DNA of 64,000 nt from an uncultured Candidatus Binatia bacterium (GTDB lineage: Bacteria > Desulfobacterota > Binatia > HRBIN30), in assembly GCA_964498075.1 (NCBI GenBank), contig CAZCGA010000010.1:9247-73246 (forward strand), read 5' to 3'. The first letter of the stretch is position 1, and every line of letters begins with the position of its first letter. Below, piece after piece: positions 63,997 to 64,000 of the stretch. The notes below the pieces were generated by a model. It was not told the DNA's origin. It searched no databases and saw only the letters and a program-made list of their open reading frames with translations. A program made the position numbers and the translations under genes.

Positions 63997-64000
63997 GTGA

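Overview
High-GC bacterial chromosomal window with about 60 protein-coding genes and no rRNA or tRNA that I could see. All family calls come from reading motifs by eye; no database search was run. The window has five blocks. (1) 0-7 kb is an envelope cluster. It holds a lipoprotein with a ~430-aa Thr/Pro/Glu linker and a YVTN beta-propeller, a TPR plus outer-membrane beta-barrel protein with Slam/DUF560-like architecture, a FecR-like protein, and two tandem Lpp-like lipoproteins. (2) 7-20 kb is housekeeping and metabolism: two Zn-ADHs, holA, a Usp, a tandem-fused family III CoA-transferase, a truncated zinc-ribbon/cyclase gene, a PLP dehydratase, a hydrolase, a membrane-fused spermidine-synthase-like protein, cytochrome c and a PPOX-like protein. 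(3) 20.3-31 kb is an extracellular-protein island. It has two paralogous giant proteins (dockerin-like loop, Thr/Pro/Arg linker, Cys-containing C-terminal domain). These are followed by an operon of four diverged paralogs of a Cys-rich secreted family I do not recognise, then two-component regulators up to 36.3 kb. (4) 36-48.8 kb is housekeeping, including a ttuB-ttuA-trmI tRNA T-loop modification cluster, rpoZ, dnaJ/MerR-like/rpoH and engB. (5) 49.1-64.0 kb is a type I-G (formerly I-U) CRISPR-Cas locus. Two degenerate cas3 5' fragments lie upstream. The effector genes run csb1(cas7)-csb2(cas5/6)-cas3(C-terminal HD)-small cas8u-like. Three type II toxin-antitoxin cassettes follow, each bounded by copies of one composite repeat. 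Then come cas2, a cas4-cas1 fusion, a leader, and an array of at least 32 identical 36-bp repeats that runs off the window. A second recurring signal is 7-nt-periodic hairpin repeats in several intergenic regions.
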